A stretch of 64,000 nucleotides of DNA from Acanthaster planci (lineage: Eukaryota), in assembly GCF_001949145.1 (NCBI RefSeq), contig NW_019091356.1:1178789-1242788 (forward strand). Direction: 5' to 3'. A program made the position numbers and the translations under genes. The notes below the pieces were generated by a model that saw only the letters and a list, made by a program, of their open reading frames with translations, was not told the DNA's origin and searched no databases. Positions 45,901 through 58,845 of this stretch are shown one piece after another (position 1 is the first letter of the stretch; every line of letters begins with the position of its first letter).

Positions 45901-48528
45901 TTCGAAACAATCAAAATATCTGCGGATACATGTACTTTGCATTCAATTTTTGACCGTTAGCTGAAAATGTATATCCTTTACCTCGTACCCAAGGCCTCTA
46001 CAGGGGCGGGGATTCAGTTAGCACACTTGTCTGCCAATGGGCTACGAGCTGGCTCAAGAGAGGGCGCAATTTTCCCAGCAACGGGGGCGCCTTTGCGCAT
46101 GATTCACGAACGACTATGAAACGCAAGCTCAAGGCCGTTTTCCAAGGCCATTTTACAAACTCAACTTCGTCTCCGTCTCAGGCTTCATTTCCAAAACCAA
46201 TCCCGAAGCCGAAGTTGAGTATTGGAAAACGGCCCAATACTCAACTTCGGCTCCGTCTCAGGCTTCACCTGTTTTTTAACTAGCTGACTTTGAAGCTGTA
46301 AGCGCAGTAATTAGTCTAATAGTGTCACAAAACATCAAATAAGATGCAAGAGAACCAAACATTACAGTAATCCTATTTAATGTCAACACTTCAGGCCCAC
46401 AATCGGGGATTGGTTTCGGGGACGAACCCTGAGACGGAGACGAAGTTGAGTATTGGAAAACGGCCTTGCAGTTGCATCGCTACCAACAAAATGAACACAC
46501 CCGACCAACATGGCTCTTTTTAACCGATGCGGATTGACGTTTGCAGAGGTCCTGTATCGATGAAATAAGCTCGATAGTTCTTTCTTTACCTCAAGCAAGA
46601 GATATGGGCTTCTTGGGAGGATGGCCGCGGCGAGTAGCATTGCCGACGCCACTAGCAGGACGGAGAGCACTAGGCAGAAGATGCGCCAGTTGGCGAAGGA
46701 ACTTGGAGAGAAATCTCCGGAGGAGACTTCGAAAAGAAAACAAGGTGGTAACGATTATGATTTAACAACAAAGATGAAAATTTAAATCATCAACGTCAAG
46801 ATATAAACCCTCAACATTTAGCCAGGCAGATTTTACTTTGCAAAGAAGTCCTCGTGGCCAGCGCAACACAGCCTGGCCCCACGGAGCTGTTGTAGGGTAG
46901 TTTTCACAGCACTCATACTGCACAGTGGTAGTGTGAAGACTTTGAAGATGATTATGATGAAGATTAAAATCCTGGAGCTTGTCTGTATCATGACGATTCA
47001 GTGACGGTTGACTAATCACGTTAAGCAGGCAAAAGTCTTGTTTGTGGTTGGCACGTGCGAGCAAAAACGAGACAATCTGAGACAAACGGCGAAAAGGACA
47101 ATCCGTTTTATTTTTTCAGGAAAAAAAGTTTCTTTGCTCGGCTTACCGCGTTCGGCGACGCTGGAGGTGAAGGCAGGCGTCACAAGAGGTACGAACATGG
47201 CTCCTAAGACCGTGAAAATGAGCAGGGCACATGTTGTCTTCTGGGCCATTCGTCTCGGCAGGAACTCCATCGCGTAGGAGAAAGGGGTGGAAATGAGCCC
47301 ACCAGTACTGATGAGAGGATACGTGGAATAATGGGGGAGATATCATGTTGAACTTTAAAATTTTAGATTTCGGGGATAATTTAAGCTATTGCCTCTGGAC
47401 AATGGCAGAAAATGATTATTAACGAATGGAACAGAAAACCACATGTACATTTTACATATCATCCTGCTCAAACAAACTGTATAATCATCAGTCAACAAGT
47501 CGTTCCCATGATTGGATTCCATTACCTATTTTGGCTACATTTCCCTTTTTCGGAATATTTTTTAGGATTTGTTATTCCTTGACTGTAGCAGGAGAGACGA
47601 TACGACTTAGGGGGCACTTCGCCATGTAATGGAAAGCAGGCGTTTGAAAGGAAGCTGGGAGAAGTCTTAGCACGCACCCTAAACTAGTAATGATAAGAAA
47701 CGCGAGGAGCGCCGTGCGGCTCTGAGCCAAGGACGCTGCCATGACCGTGGACAGGCAGGTAATCCCCAAGCACACTGCGAGAGAAGTACGCCTAGAACCC
47801 AAGTCGGCTGCACAGCCCCACAAGACACTGGCAAAGACGACTCCTACGAAGACGGAGCCTCCTGGAAATTGAATAAAAGAAGCTTCGTCACTCAACTGTA
47901 TAACATCTTTTTTTTAATGTGTACACGTCACGTTACTATACTCAATATCGCTTCATTTTCTTGTTTTGCTCCAAAAAAGATTTAGACTCAGTACTCATTC
48001 TTGGGAATGAAATCCTTACTTACGTAACCATCCGGTTGAAGAGTCACTGAGGCACAGGTCACGAGCGATATCGGGTAGAAGAATGCCTACAAATTCTAGC
48101 TGTGCACTGGCAAAGAACAACCCACAACCGCACATGAACAACAGTAGCACGTGGAACTTTCCAAAGCCAATAATAGTTAAAAGTTTATCCACCATTTCTT
48201 CAATCTCATCGGCTCTCTGCTGTGAGTCTCCTCGGGATGAGGAGTTTGTGCCGGCGGTACCAGTCTGATATGACGGCATAGAAACTGGCTCCTCTCTGTT
48301 AAGTTGTTTATCTCTTGAAGACACCTGCTGTCGAAAGTCGTCCTCTTGCCCACTGTCCAATTGCAACTCGATGCCATCGTCGTCCAACGCCCCAAAGCCG
48401 GACGACTGGGCACCGCGAACTATCGGTCCTCTCTGCCGCCCGCTCACCGAGAAAATCTCCTCATCTTCGTCAGAATCCTCACCCGCCGTGCTCACTATCT
48501 TATCCATATTGTATCGACTGGATGTCAT
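39934..48528 (-). CDS. Synaptic vesicle glycoprotein 2 (SV2)-like MFS transporter
   Basis: Exons 48024-48528, 47678-47861, 47147-47307, 46590-46726, 45607-45696, 45354-45449, 44470-44546, 42382-42902, 41495-41654, ~40548-40682 and a last exon starting at 40084 (stop 39934 or 40035; last donor ambiguous). Motifs IGFGKFH, LWGCAADLGSRR, YAMEFLP, WRIF, LPRSP, FPTHKRATG; luminal pentapeptide repeat (TFINTTFDSVSF..CTFTACVF..CRFLDTRF). Confidence 0.85.
44720..44985 (-). mobile_element. Degenerate tRNA-derived SINE (second family)
   Basis: gattcgaac B-box remnant plus ggagagagg...aaagtgatttgcccaagg body resembling widespread marine-invertebrate SINEs; degenerate. Confidence 0.45.
46133..46465. mobile_element. 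MITE family C (GGCC termini) containing a shorter copy of itself at 46146-46234
   Basis: TIR GGCCGTTTTCCAATACTCAACTTCGGCTCCGTCTCAGG...GAAGTTGAGTATTGGAAAACGGCC; inner copy flanked by CAA/CAA. Full copy also at 58608-58845. Confidence 0.85.
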
Positions 48529-50703
48529 GTCGGTTTAGGATGCAATGTTTCAAGCTCGCCTATATGATATGCAAGTGTCCGTAGGTTGTCAATTTTTAGG
48601 GTAGTTGTCGACATTAGCTAGCCTCGCCAATGTGTTGCACATCTGCGCACCACAATCGATGTGGCTTTTGTTGTAAATTGATTTCCAATACCATGCTGCA
48701 CGGTTGATTTTATCGTCGCATGTTCGTTTGCCACAGTAAAATACTTAATAAAGGAACAGTATTCTGTGTAGCTTACTGGACAGAGGCAGAAAAACAATCC
48801 AGGAAAAACTTGAAAGATTATAAATAGGATGGGGTCCTGTTCCACAGCTCTTATTTCATTCTAATTTGGAATTTGATTGTAATTTGGAGGGGAACGATGA
48901 CCCGTCTTTAAAGCAGCATATTGCCGTGATTCTGGGCAATTTTAGGACATCATGATTTTATATTTAAAAAAAAACTGGTGCAGTTGCTTAGCATCATTTC
49001 ACTCCATGGGTAAAACCAATTCATCTGACAGCAACAAGGGGATTTAATCGGCTTAATTAGTGTACCGACTATGTGTCCTCGAGATGTAACGTTTAGTTTG
49101 GAGTAAAGTTTTTAAATGAAAAGAACTTACTTTGGTATTTCTATAGTTGAACAATTTCAAAAGGGACTTCGGAAGACTTCCCATTCCCCACCCCCACATA
49201 CAGCCCCCCCCCCCACCGTCAGCACACGGTTTTTCACATAATGCCGCGGCCTTGATGGTGTTTCATATTGCCTATATAGCTATAGAGGGCGGGCTCTATT
49301 ATAAACGCAAACAAGACGAATTTAGCCAGCGAGCTCGCAACCAACAGACTTTCTGAGGTGATATCATAGGCCTTTGAGAGAAATTGTTGAGGTAGGCCTA
49401 CACAGAGTGTCTTTATCTTTTACAAATTTTGTGTCTTTTTTAATGAAAGAGTGAGAAACTGACGGTAATTTCATCTAGCCATCGATTGTCGAGGAATTTA
49501 CCGCAAGGTCCAAGGAAAAGTGGTAGGCTCCGTATGCCTAGATTTATTCACGAAATACATTTGATACAGGCAGTCGACAGTGATGCTTTTTTTGTCGTCT
49601 GCTCAGCTCAGCTTGAACGTGTGTGTTGAATGTTCACATTTGTAAATGTGTATTGTGTCAAGTGAGTGGACAAACTGTGTCTCATCCAAATAGCATAAAA
49701 ACTAGTTCGTGGATCCATTAATTTGCATGATTTTTAGACGTGTTAGGCAGAAAGAATTCCACGTTTTTATATCGATATACAAACATCATTTGATATGTTT
49801 GATCTGTTAGACCATGGAGGTAACAATCTTAACTTACAGGTCAGATAGGCCTAGGCCTACTTGATAAGTAAACACTTCAATAGTTTCCTTGCTAAATCTG
49901 ACATTTTAGGACATGTTGCCCTTTTCTGATGGCGGATATCATCTAGGCCTACTTTGGGCCATGAGAATAGAAGTTGTAGATTTGCATCCTAACAATTTCA
50001 AAACACATGAGGCAGTTTTTCATTTTTCATTAACGCTCCTTTGGTTTTACAGCAGAAATATGCACAAGTGCCCAAGGTCACTCTCTTGCATGTTGGTGCA
50101 GTGCACAACATGACACAGCTGTGCTTCTTTGAGGTGTTTACCAAGAGACCCAAAGAGCAACTTCAGCATAGGAGGGTTAATTTCTTTCAGCCTCTAAGTA
50201 CCGACACTTGTCCAGTGTTATACTGCCAAACTACTGTTAGAGGCACTCGCTGTATCCAAAGTCTATTCGTGAGTGGAATCACCTCAACCAAGACCTACGC
50301 ATCTCCCCCGATGTCAAGAGTTTTAAAGCCAAGATAGAGGCCATCAACATCAAGACGCTGACTTCAAAGGCTCACTTCAATATTTAATCACGACTTTGCA
50401 CATGACCCCCCCCCAACGTATGCGACAACCAGCAATGGTGTTTGTACGTGAATGGACAGATACAGATACATTTTTCAAGGACTATTTTTTTGAAATTGTT
50501 ACTTAGTACTACTAGTACCGTCCTCATTTTTTTTTCAGTTTGCAGCACCTGTGGTCAACCTTGTTCAGAAACAGAAGTTGCCAGAAATACCTCTGGCAGC
50601 TAACGTACACTCAGACTCATACACCGGACCTTTATGGTAGCATGCAGTCCCTTTAGATTTGAAGGGTGAAAAGCACTCTTTCTGGGCATCAAGGACTGTA
50701 GCC

Positions 50704-52729
50704 ATGGCAACGGACAATGGTGCAGATTTGCCTTGCCTCCCAGATGAGATCGTTCTGTACCATGTTCTGCCGCTGCTCTCCATCCGCGAAGTGATTTCGT
50801 GTAAGCTGATATGCAAGAAATGGCGCCGCCTCGTGACGAGCTACATCAAGAGGCTAAGGGTTGTTGACCTGTCACCCTGGGATTGCATGGTGACGGAGGA
50901 CCTCCTCCTAGGCATTGTGAAATACGCATCCAGTGTGAGGGAGCTGAGGTGATTACTTGACGTGAATTGACGTAAATCCAGTTTTGTGTGCTAAACTAGA
51001 ACCAGTCGTGGGAAAGAAATGACCAATTGCATTTTGGATGGAATGTAATTTTCACCAAGCAACTGTCTCCAGTGCTTCACCAATATCTGTGCTTAAATGG
51101 CATCATGAAATTGGCCCCTGGAGTCTATTATCGAGAAGTCATAATTTCTTGTGTTCATGAGCAAGATATAGTACAGCAATTCCTTTTAACTGTATTTCTT
51201 AGTTTCTGGAAAGAATTGCATGAGTTTGGAACACTGAGATGTTTTGCATACAGGCTGTCACAAATTTGCATAAAATCTGGTACACCAAGTTCTTTAAATT
51301 CATGTGAACATAACAATTTGAATTTTCCATTCTCCACTGCAGCTGTACCTCGTGATTCAGGGCAAGCTTTTGTTTGGTTACATAAGAGACGCCTTGCACC
51401 AATACACTGTTTTCAATGGATAAGGGCACAACGGAACCAGTCCATTCCAGAGATGGTGGTCGCTATGTAAAAATTTGCCTCGAATCATGAGGTACAGCAA
51501 CTTTGTCTTTAGTCTGGGGAACTCAGATTGTTATGTTTATGTCCAATCAGAAAACTCAGTGTACCAGACTTTATTCAAATGTAACTCGTGAAAGGCTTGT
51601 TCTCTGTGCATGAAGATTAGACGGCTGTTGGCGTGCCGTGAGGGATGGAGCTGTTCTCACCATTGCCAGTGTGTGTCACAAGCTAAGAGTCTTCACTGCC
51701 TATAAATGCGGGAACTTAACAGATTTTGCTGTGGTATCGATGGCGGAGAAATGCCCTGATCTAGAGGAAGTAGACCTGAGCAGTTGCTACGGGGTGAGTC
51801 TGTACTTTGCAGTCAAGCTATCAAGTCACCATGGTCAAGTCTCAACTCACTCAAGTCAAGTCTAAAGTCACTCTGCTTTAGTTTCTAGACACTCTGTTTA
51901 AATGCCAGACGGAAGTCTTGTGATGTGTGAAGTCAGTCTGGTCAAGTATTGAAGTATCCTCAGATGCGTTTTACTCAGTCGTGGATCTATTACAAATTCC
52001 TGTCTCTTAGATAACGGATGAAGCGCTTTGTGGTTTGGCAGACCACGCCAAGAACCTGAAGGAGCTACATGTCAGCAGTGTGTATGGTGTGACAGACTTT
52101 GGTGTCAGCCAGCTGGCCTTCAAGTGCCATCACTTGCAGAGCCTCGATGTGAGTTACTGCTACAGGGTCAGCAACTTTGGGCTACAGGGCTTCTTAGATA
52201 AACAAGCAGGGCTCGCCTTGACTGAACTACGAATAAAGGATTGTGTCAAGGTAAGCTGCAGGGATGCCAAGTTTCTGCCTTGTTTCTTTTTTGTGTGCAT
52301 GTAGTTGTTAGTACTTCCAACTCGCGGCACAAGACGTCATAGTAGACAGTGGATATGCTTGTCACTCTCTCGTGTCAGTGCCATGTTATGGAAGATTTGA
52401 ACTTTCAGTCTGCATCATTGTGGCTTTCAACTTCCATAGGATTGAAAGTTTTCAACTTTAATAAAACCTTTGCTTAAAACCTTGACTGAAAGCCAGTTTC
52501 TAGCCTGTTAACCATACGGTTAACGCAATTTTTTTGGTCCTTTTTCACCTTACTGCGGCCAAAGCTCAGAATATGCCCCAAGACATTAATTACCATGGCG
52601 CCCTCCATTGATCATGCATAGGGGCAATGGCATGATGACTTTTTCCTTTGATTCTTCCCCTTCAAGGTCACACAACCCATCATATTTAAACTTATGCAAG
52701 CTGGTGTGGCAGTCAACAACATGTTCTGA
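50704..52729 (+). CDS. F-box/leucine-rich repeat protein (FBXL family, FBXL15-like), ~241 aa
   Basis: Exons 50704-50948, 51616-51793, 52011-52250, 52667-52729 (726 nt). F-box LPDEIVLYHVLPLLSIREVISCKLICKKWRRL; Cys-containing LRRs (LEEVDLSSCYGITDEAL, LQSLDVSYCYRVSNFGL). Confidence 0.88.
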
Positions 52730-54089
52730 TCATCCAGAGAAGTACTGTCCATGTCTAACATTGAAGCGAGCAGGCCTGAAGGGATCCAGGTGGTTCCCTG
52801 AAGCCTAGTAGGGCGAGTACCAAGCGTGCCATACAGGACCACAGCATCACTGGTTGCCGGACTGTGGTGCACACTCCTCTTCGAAATATGGCCTAGCGAC
52901 CCACAGCTTGACCCAAGTTGGTCTACAGGTGCATTGTACAGAGATTGGTGTCTAACCACAGTCACACGTCTTGCTGTGTGACTTGCATGGAGACTCTATG
53001 GAAGTATTGCCCGTGTATCTACAGCACTGGTTTTGAGTGAAATAAAATGCTAACTGATAACCCTGAACAGTGTGATAGTCAAGTACCTTTCCATGAGTTA
53101 TACAACACTAGGGATAGGGGATAACCAGTGTAATCAACCCCCCCCACACTTTTTAAGTCATTTACTATGCCGTCCCTTGGCTTACACCACTGACTTCATG
53201 ATCTCACCCGGGATGGAGGCCATGCATCCCCTCCACAAGAAGAAATCTCCGCCCACAGTCCCGGGATATGGTCAATGAAGAACAAGTTAACCAGCAAGTC
53301 CAAATTAAGCATGTTGTACACAGCCACTAAGCCATGGTCATCTCAAATTCTTTTTTACAGAAGCACGTCAGTTCTTGTTCAGAATAAGTACAAGGGACGG
53401 GTAATTTTTTCACAAAAATCACTTTTTCAAGACCAACTGTAACTCCAGAAAATCTTTGTTATTGAGAAGTGGTACCAAATGTGTAATAATATCTGTTTAT
53501 GTTTATTTGTTTATGAAAACAAGGCTACCACATGGTGAAGAAATAATGGAAGATTGGCTTTGAAGTCTGTTCCATAAAACATTTCATAGTCTGGAATTTC
53601 CTTTTCAGAATTGTTGGCAGTATAATTGCAAGATAAATTGGTATGCATTTTATCAGGTTTGAGACATTCTTCCGAAGAGTGAATTTTAACGAAATTTTAC
53701 GTCCTGGAGACAACTTTCTGTTGTAAGCTGAATTTTTATTTTTTTTTATAAATCAAAGAAATAATAACAGACGAGAAAATGTATCCTTTGTTTTGTGCCT
53801 TTCTTTGCTTGATTTGTAAATTAACAATATATTAAAAGTGAGCAATACTTGTTTATACTAATGTAAAAAATATTAAATTTAATATCGAAAATGAATTTCA
53901 GTCTACAGTTTCAAAGAGCCCATCTAATTTCCAAATATCAGTGAATATTTGCCCACCCTGAGCCATTTCTTAAAAAAAAACCAAGGCTTCCCTTGTGCTC
54001 TTATAATAATGCACGGCAAGTTTGCTATCACCTGAAATCCCGTCACAAATGTTTGCATTAGCTTCCAAATAAACCCTGGTAACGTGGAA

Positions 54090-57000
54090 CTATCTGTGTA
54101 AATTGGCTTGCTCGATGCGTTCATTGACGGCACTGCGCAGAGTGTGTATGACTTGTCGTTGGTTGTCGCTCTTCATGATGGCGCTCCCTGATACGATCAT
54201 GTTGGCCCCTGCCTGTCAGGACAAAAAGACGAAGGGGAACAAGTCCTTGCAATCTTTAGCAAAATGAAATATCAAAGGGGGGGGTGGCTTGATTGAGTCC
54301 AACTTGTGGTCTAAGGCAGCAAAATGGGATGACCATGCGATTCAAAAGCTGGGAAAGTAGGGTCAGGGTTAGACTTGTCTTGAGTCTAGGGACTAACGTA
54401 ATGCTGACTCCATTTAGGATTCTTCAGTAACTTTATTTCAGGATCATCTTTTACTTACACCTAGTCTGAGTGATCTCAGGAAGTCAACCCTCCCTGACTC
54501 GACTCGTAACCTTCAATTTCACTGCCACCACTATTTATGCTGAATAACTGTGACATCCTTTTCTCCAGACTACGAGTTCATTAGTATGTGCCCCTGTGAA
54601 CAACTTGGAAATATCAAATTCCACTTAGCACGAGATGACCACAATTCCAACAACCCAGATAATATTGACCAGTCTGAGGACTGACCTTTGCGACTGCATC
54701 AATGGTCGCTGGGCCCACTCCACCATCCACTTCTATGTCCAGTGACTGGTACCTGTTTCTTAGCTGCTCCACCTTAAAAAAAAACAGAGACCAACCATTG
54801 GTCAACATGTTAAGGAGCCTCTAGTGCATTTTAAAAAAATTTATTTGTGACATATTTAGCGGGATTCGAACCCCTGTCCTCTGTAACACTGTACAGATTC
54901 TCTACCATCTAAGTCATCAACCCTGTTGGTTATCTCTCAAATGATCAACATATTTGTTCATGGATACTAGAATGGGGCTACAGTGCCATCACCCGGTGGG
55001 ACAGATCATGCCAAGAATCAAGATGCTAGTAACATTGCCCATGCCGGTAACCCGGGAATGACCATCAAATATCTCTCAACGGATGCCTCTTGTTTTAACA
55101 AGTCATCAAATAACCATCAAGATTTAAGAATCCTCTTATCGGCTCCCACGGAGAATTGTTCTACGTAGCTTCTGTTTAATATCGAGAAAAGATAAGAAAG
55201 ATCTGATTGTAGTGTTTCAGCCGCCTCCAAAAGTCTCGCCCACGTCTGTGAGTGAAGATGAAGGTCTCTCTCTAGATTTGATTAAAAGCCATACAAATTA
55301 TCTATTTCTTCTTCTGTTACCTTGGACATCATGTCTTCCATGAACTTTTGCCCTCCGAATCCTGGCTCCACCGTCATCACCAGTATCATGTCTGCATCTT
55401 CCACATAAGGGAAGACCACTTCCACGGGGGTTGCTGGCTTGATACCAATTCCTGCCTGGGTGGAGAAAAAAATGGATCCGAGTTAAGAATTACACCCACA
55501 GTAAACAAGTCACTTTCTGTGTTTTAGATTGAGAGAAAAAACGTCAGCAAAACTTATCAATGAATCGAGCTGCATCCTGAACAGATAAAAAATCCATGGG
55601 ATGTTTCATTTTGGTCTTCGCAGTTCAAAGTTTGTACAGTTAAATAAAAAAAAAAAAACAATTTTGGTTGGAGCAGAGAGCAGTTAGGGACAGATTGGAT
55701 GGCATGGGAAGGGAAATTTTAAAAATCTGTTTCTTCGTGGTAAGTTTTATCCAAAGAGAGGGCTTGTGGTAACACTGTGTGGATAAATCTCTTGTTGGAA
55801 GAGGTATGGTTCTGAAAAGAACCAGTGAGTGTGTACACTGGTCAAAACATCAGGTACACACAGGACGACCACAGCACACTGGTCGAAATGTCAAGTACAC
55901 ACTCGCCAGTTCTTATCAGAACCGTACCTCTTCGAAAAAGAGATCTATCCACATAGTATTACCACAAGCCTTCTCTTAGTCTATCTCCATCACGCAAAGC
56001 TTCAAGTTTTATCGAGTTTTATCCGGCAAATTCACAAACAGTACACTTACATGTAGAAAGGTGCTCAACGTGTTATTTCTACATGGAATAAGACGAGTCA
56101 CTCAAAGATAGCCCAAAGAAAGAGGGGGGAGGAGACTAGAAAGGGTAGGAGGAGGGATGTGAACTTGAGCCAGACCTTCATGCCTGCTTCTTTGATGAGT
56201 CTGATGACATCTTTGGGTCTGTCTGTTGCCTCGATATGGAATGTGTACTGGTTGGCGCCTGCCTCTGCCATTGGTTGAATCCACTGGAAAAAAATCACAG
56301 AAAATGATCCATATACTGACATACATATGTGCAAGGTATTGTGGGAACTATACTCTGAAGTATTACCAATTCTGCCTGCTCCGCGTGTTAATGCTTTTGA
56401 ATGAAATCGAATGATCCTTGAAAAGTTCATGAATCCTCACTTAATGGTTTCTTGCGATTTCTTTTCATGTCAAATAAAAACAAATGCTTTTCATGGTTAC
56501 CTTCTCTGGATTTGCCACCATCATGTGCATATCTGAGGGAAACAAAAAGGATTAAGTTATATCATTATTATTATTAATAATTATTCTGGTAATGACACAA
56601 GGGATTCCTCAAAAGCTCCCTGGGCAATGTAGCTTGCAAGCCTGAGGAAACCTGTAGAGAGGAGACAGTGAGAAGCAGTTACAGTTTTAGTGGTGGGAGG
56701 AAAACCCCAGGGGAATATTCTGGGTAAAACCCACGCAATCAGGTATAGGGACTGAAAACCCAATCTACTTGTGGATTGAGCCAGGATTCGAACCTGGACT
56801 GCAGAGGTGGAAGGCAAGGAAAGAACCACTGTGCCAACCTGACTCCCCCAAGTCGCATGTAACCATTTGACATACTCGGAACATTTTACATGTATTTGTT
56901 TAGAGCTGTAAAACTCCCAGATGGAGGAAACAGGGAATGAGTGAAAACCTGTTGACTTTAACTCATTTTATTAAAAAAATGGGCCGAATGGATGATATCT

Positions 57001-57849
57001 TTTGGCAGAAAATCAGCTGATGTGTAACAATCTATCGTCATTTCATTTGCAAATATGTCAAGAGTTTATTCTCTCTGTTGACTCTTTGAGACCTGACATT
57101 CAATACTTGTTGCCATGCCAACCTACCAAAGAAAGCTGTCTTCACTTTCTGTCTGAGACACTGCACCATTGGGTGACCAAATGTGATGTTAGGCACAAAA
57201 TTCCTGCCCCGAAAGAGGAGAAAAAAAGTAAACAAGGACAAGGTTATACACGAACTATTTGATGTAGTTGAAACTTTCTCATCAGTGAAAGAGGCCAAAA
57301 GCTCAAAATTGGTACATTCACCTGACTTCCTTGAGTTGGCATCTCTATCATGTCCACTGTATTCATGCCATTCACGTGTGCACATTCAGTTGAAACACAA
57401 ATGTGATGTAATTCCAGCATCACATCAGTATGGAATTCCTAACCCCTTCCTTGGATTTTGTGAGAGGCACAGCACCACTGGCGGCGGAAGAGGGGGGCCT
57501 TCCCACTTTTTCGACTGGGGGGTCTGCCCTCGCACTTTTTGCAAGTCCTATAAATTGGTGGGGCTAAATGGATTGACCTATCAATGACTGATGCCTGATG
57601 GTCTAACAATTGGCACCCCTCCCACTTTGAAAATCGTTCCATCGTTGGTGCACAGCGCCCTCTACAGGTAATGCACAGAGTAATTAAATTCAGACTGGAG
57701 CTACACTGCAAAAGTGCTTACCCGTCCATGACGTCCAAATGCAAGTAATCTGCCCCGCTGTCAAGCACACGTTGGCACTCATCAGCCAGTGAGGAGAGGT
57801 CGGAGTTCAGAATGGAAGGTCCAATCTTACACTCGTAGTGAGCCGGCAT
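54090..57849 (-). CDS. RPE: Ribulose-phosphate 3-epimerase (229 aa)
   Basis: Exons 57722-57849, 57127-57203, 56501-56532, 56176-56283, 55321-55455, 54686-54772, 54090-54212 (690 nt). [61 protein letters not shown]. Probable 5'UTR exon donor at ~58536. Confidence 0.97.
56558..56849 (-). mobile_element. Full-length tRNA-derived SINE
   Basis: Minus strand has A box TGGCACAGTGG, B box GGTTCGAATCC, a body and an (AAT)n tail; related copies at 18572-18730 and ~34370-34480. Confidence 0.85.
57476..57650. mobile_element. hAT-like MITE, second copy (inverted relative to 19310-19490)
   Basis: CACTGGCGGCGGA...ATCGTTGGTG; 8-bp TSD CACAGCAC/CACAGCGC (one mismatch). Confidence 0.85.
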
Positions 57850-57928
57850 CTTGTCCACTTTGCAGGTGTACAAATAACTCTGCAAACAAACATGTTGGTA
57901 CTACTGGTAATAAAGATGAACACAGAAA

Positions 57929-58003
57929 TTGACTGGAATGGGATTTGCACCTGCGGCATCCGGAATACCATACCGGTGCTCTATCAACTGAGCTATCCAA
58001 CCC
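57929..58003 (-). mobile_element. tRNA-like SINE head (related relic at 54856-54923)
   Basis: Minus strand GGATAGCTCAGTTGATAGAGCACCGG...GCAGGTGCAAATCCC with A/B-box-like motifs but a broken T-loop and stems. Confidence 0.6.
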
Positions 58004-58607
58004 AAGTATGTTGGCAGGTTGGTGGCTCTTTAAGTTCCCATTTGTCAGTATCTTTGTTTGGGGGCACTAGCCAGAAGCCATTAACCCTGAATCACCATGT
58101 AGCCAGGGATACACCCCAATAACACGATACAACCTGCTAAGTGGTGAACAGGAATCATTCGAAGAGGATAGGCCTACAGCTTTTTCAACATGCTGGTACT
58201 CAGTTAGGCCCTATTTCCACACTGAAACACCTTTGTTGCAGTGTGAAAATTGGCAGTTTAACTTAACTGCATGATCAGACAGCAAATACAAGACAATCAT
58301 CAAATATATGAATGTGCCGTCACACTGTCAGAAACTCCAAGAACTGTGGTGTGGGGTTCGTACGTCGTCCGCCGTGCTACTTCGTGGCAGCGCGGCGGCG
58401 ATAGTCGAACCCAGTTCGGGGGGTAAGTGCGACACTCTCGACTCTGTCATGGACGCACTGAAATAGGAAACACAAATTTAAATATGTAAAGCGAGATGGC
58501 TCTTTGTTTTCAACATCAGTGATCTGTATAACTCACCGCTAAAACAAAAACATTCTACAAAATTTTCGCTTTAAAACGGCACGATCCTCCACTCTCTTTC
58601 TCACATA

Positions 58608-58845
58608 GGCCGTTTTCCAACTTAATTCGGCTCCGTCTCAGGCTTCAACTATTTTTTAACTAGCTGACTTTGAAGCTGTAAGCGCACTAATTAGTTTAAT
58701 AGTGCCACGAAACATCAAATAAGATGCAAGAGAGCCAGAAATTAAAGTAATCCAATTTGATCTAAACGCTTCAGGCCCACAATCGGGGATTGATTTTGGG
58801 AACGAAGCCTGAGATGGAGCCCAAGTCGAGTATTGGAAAAGGCCC
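58608..58845. mobile_element. MITE family C copy immediately upstream of RPE
   Basis: Near-identical to 46133-46465 minus the nested insert; flanked by ATA/ATA. Confidence 0.85.

Noticed and set aside
54856..58003. Functional tRNA genes at 54856-54923, ~56780-56849 and 57929-58003
   Set aside because: A/B-box remnants only, with broken cloverleaf stems or attached SINE bodies and tails.
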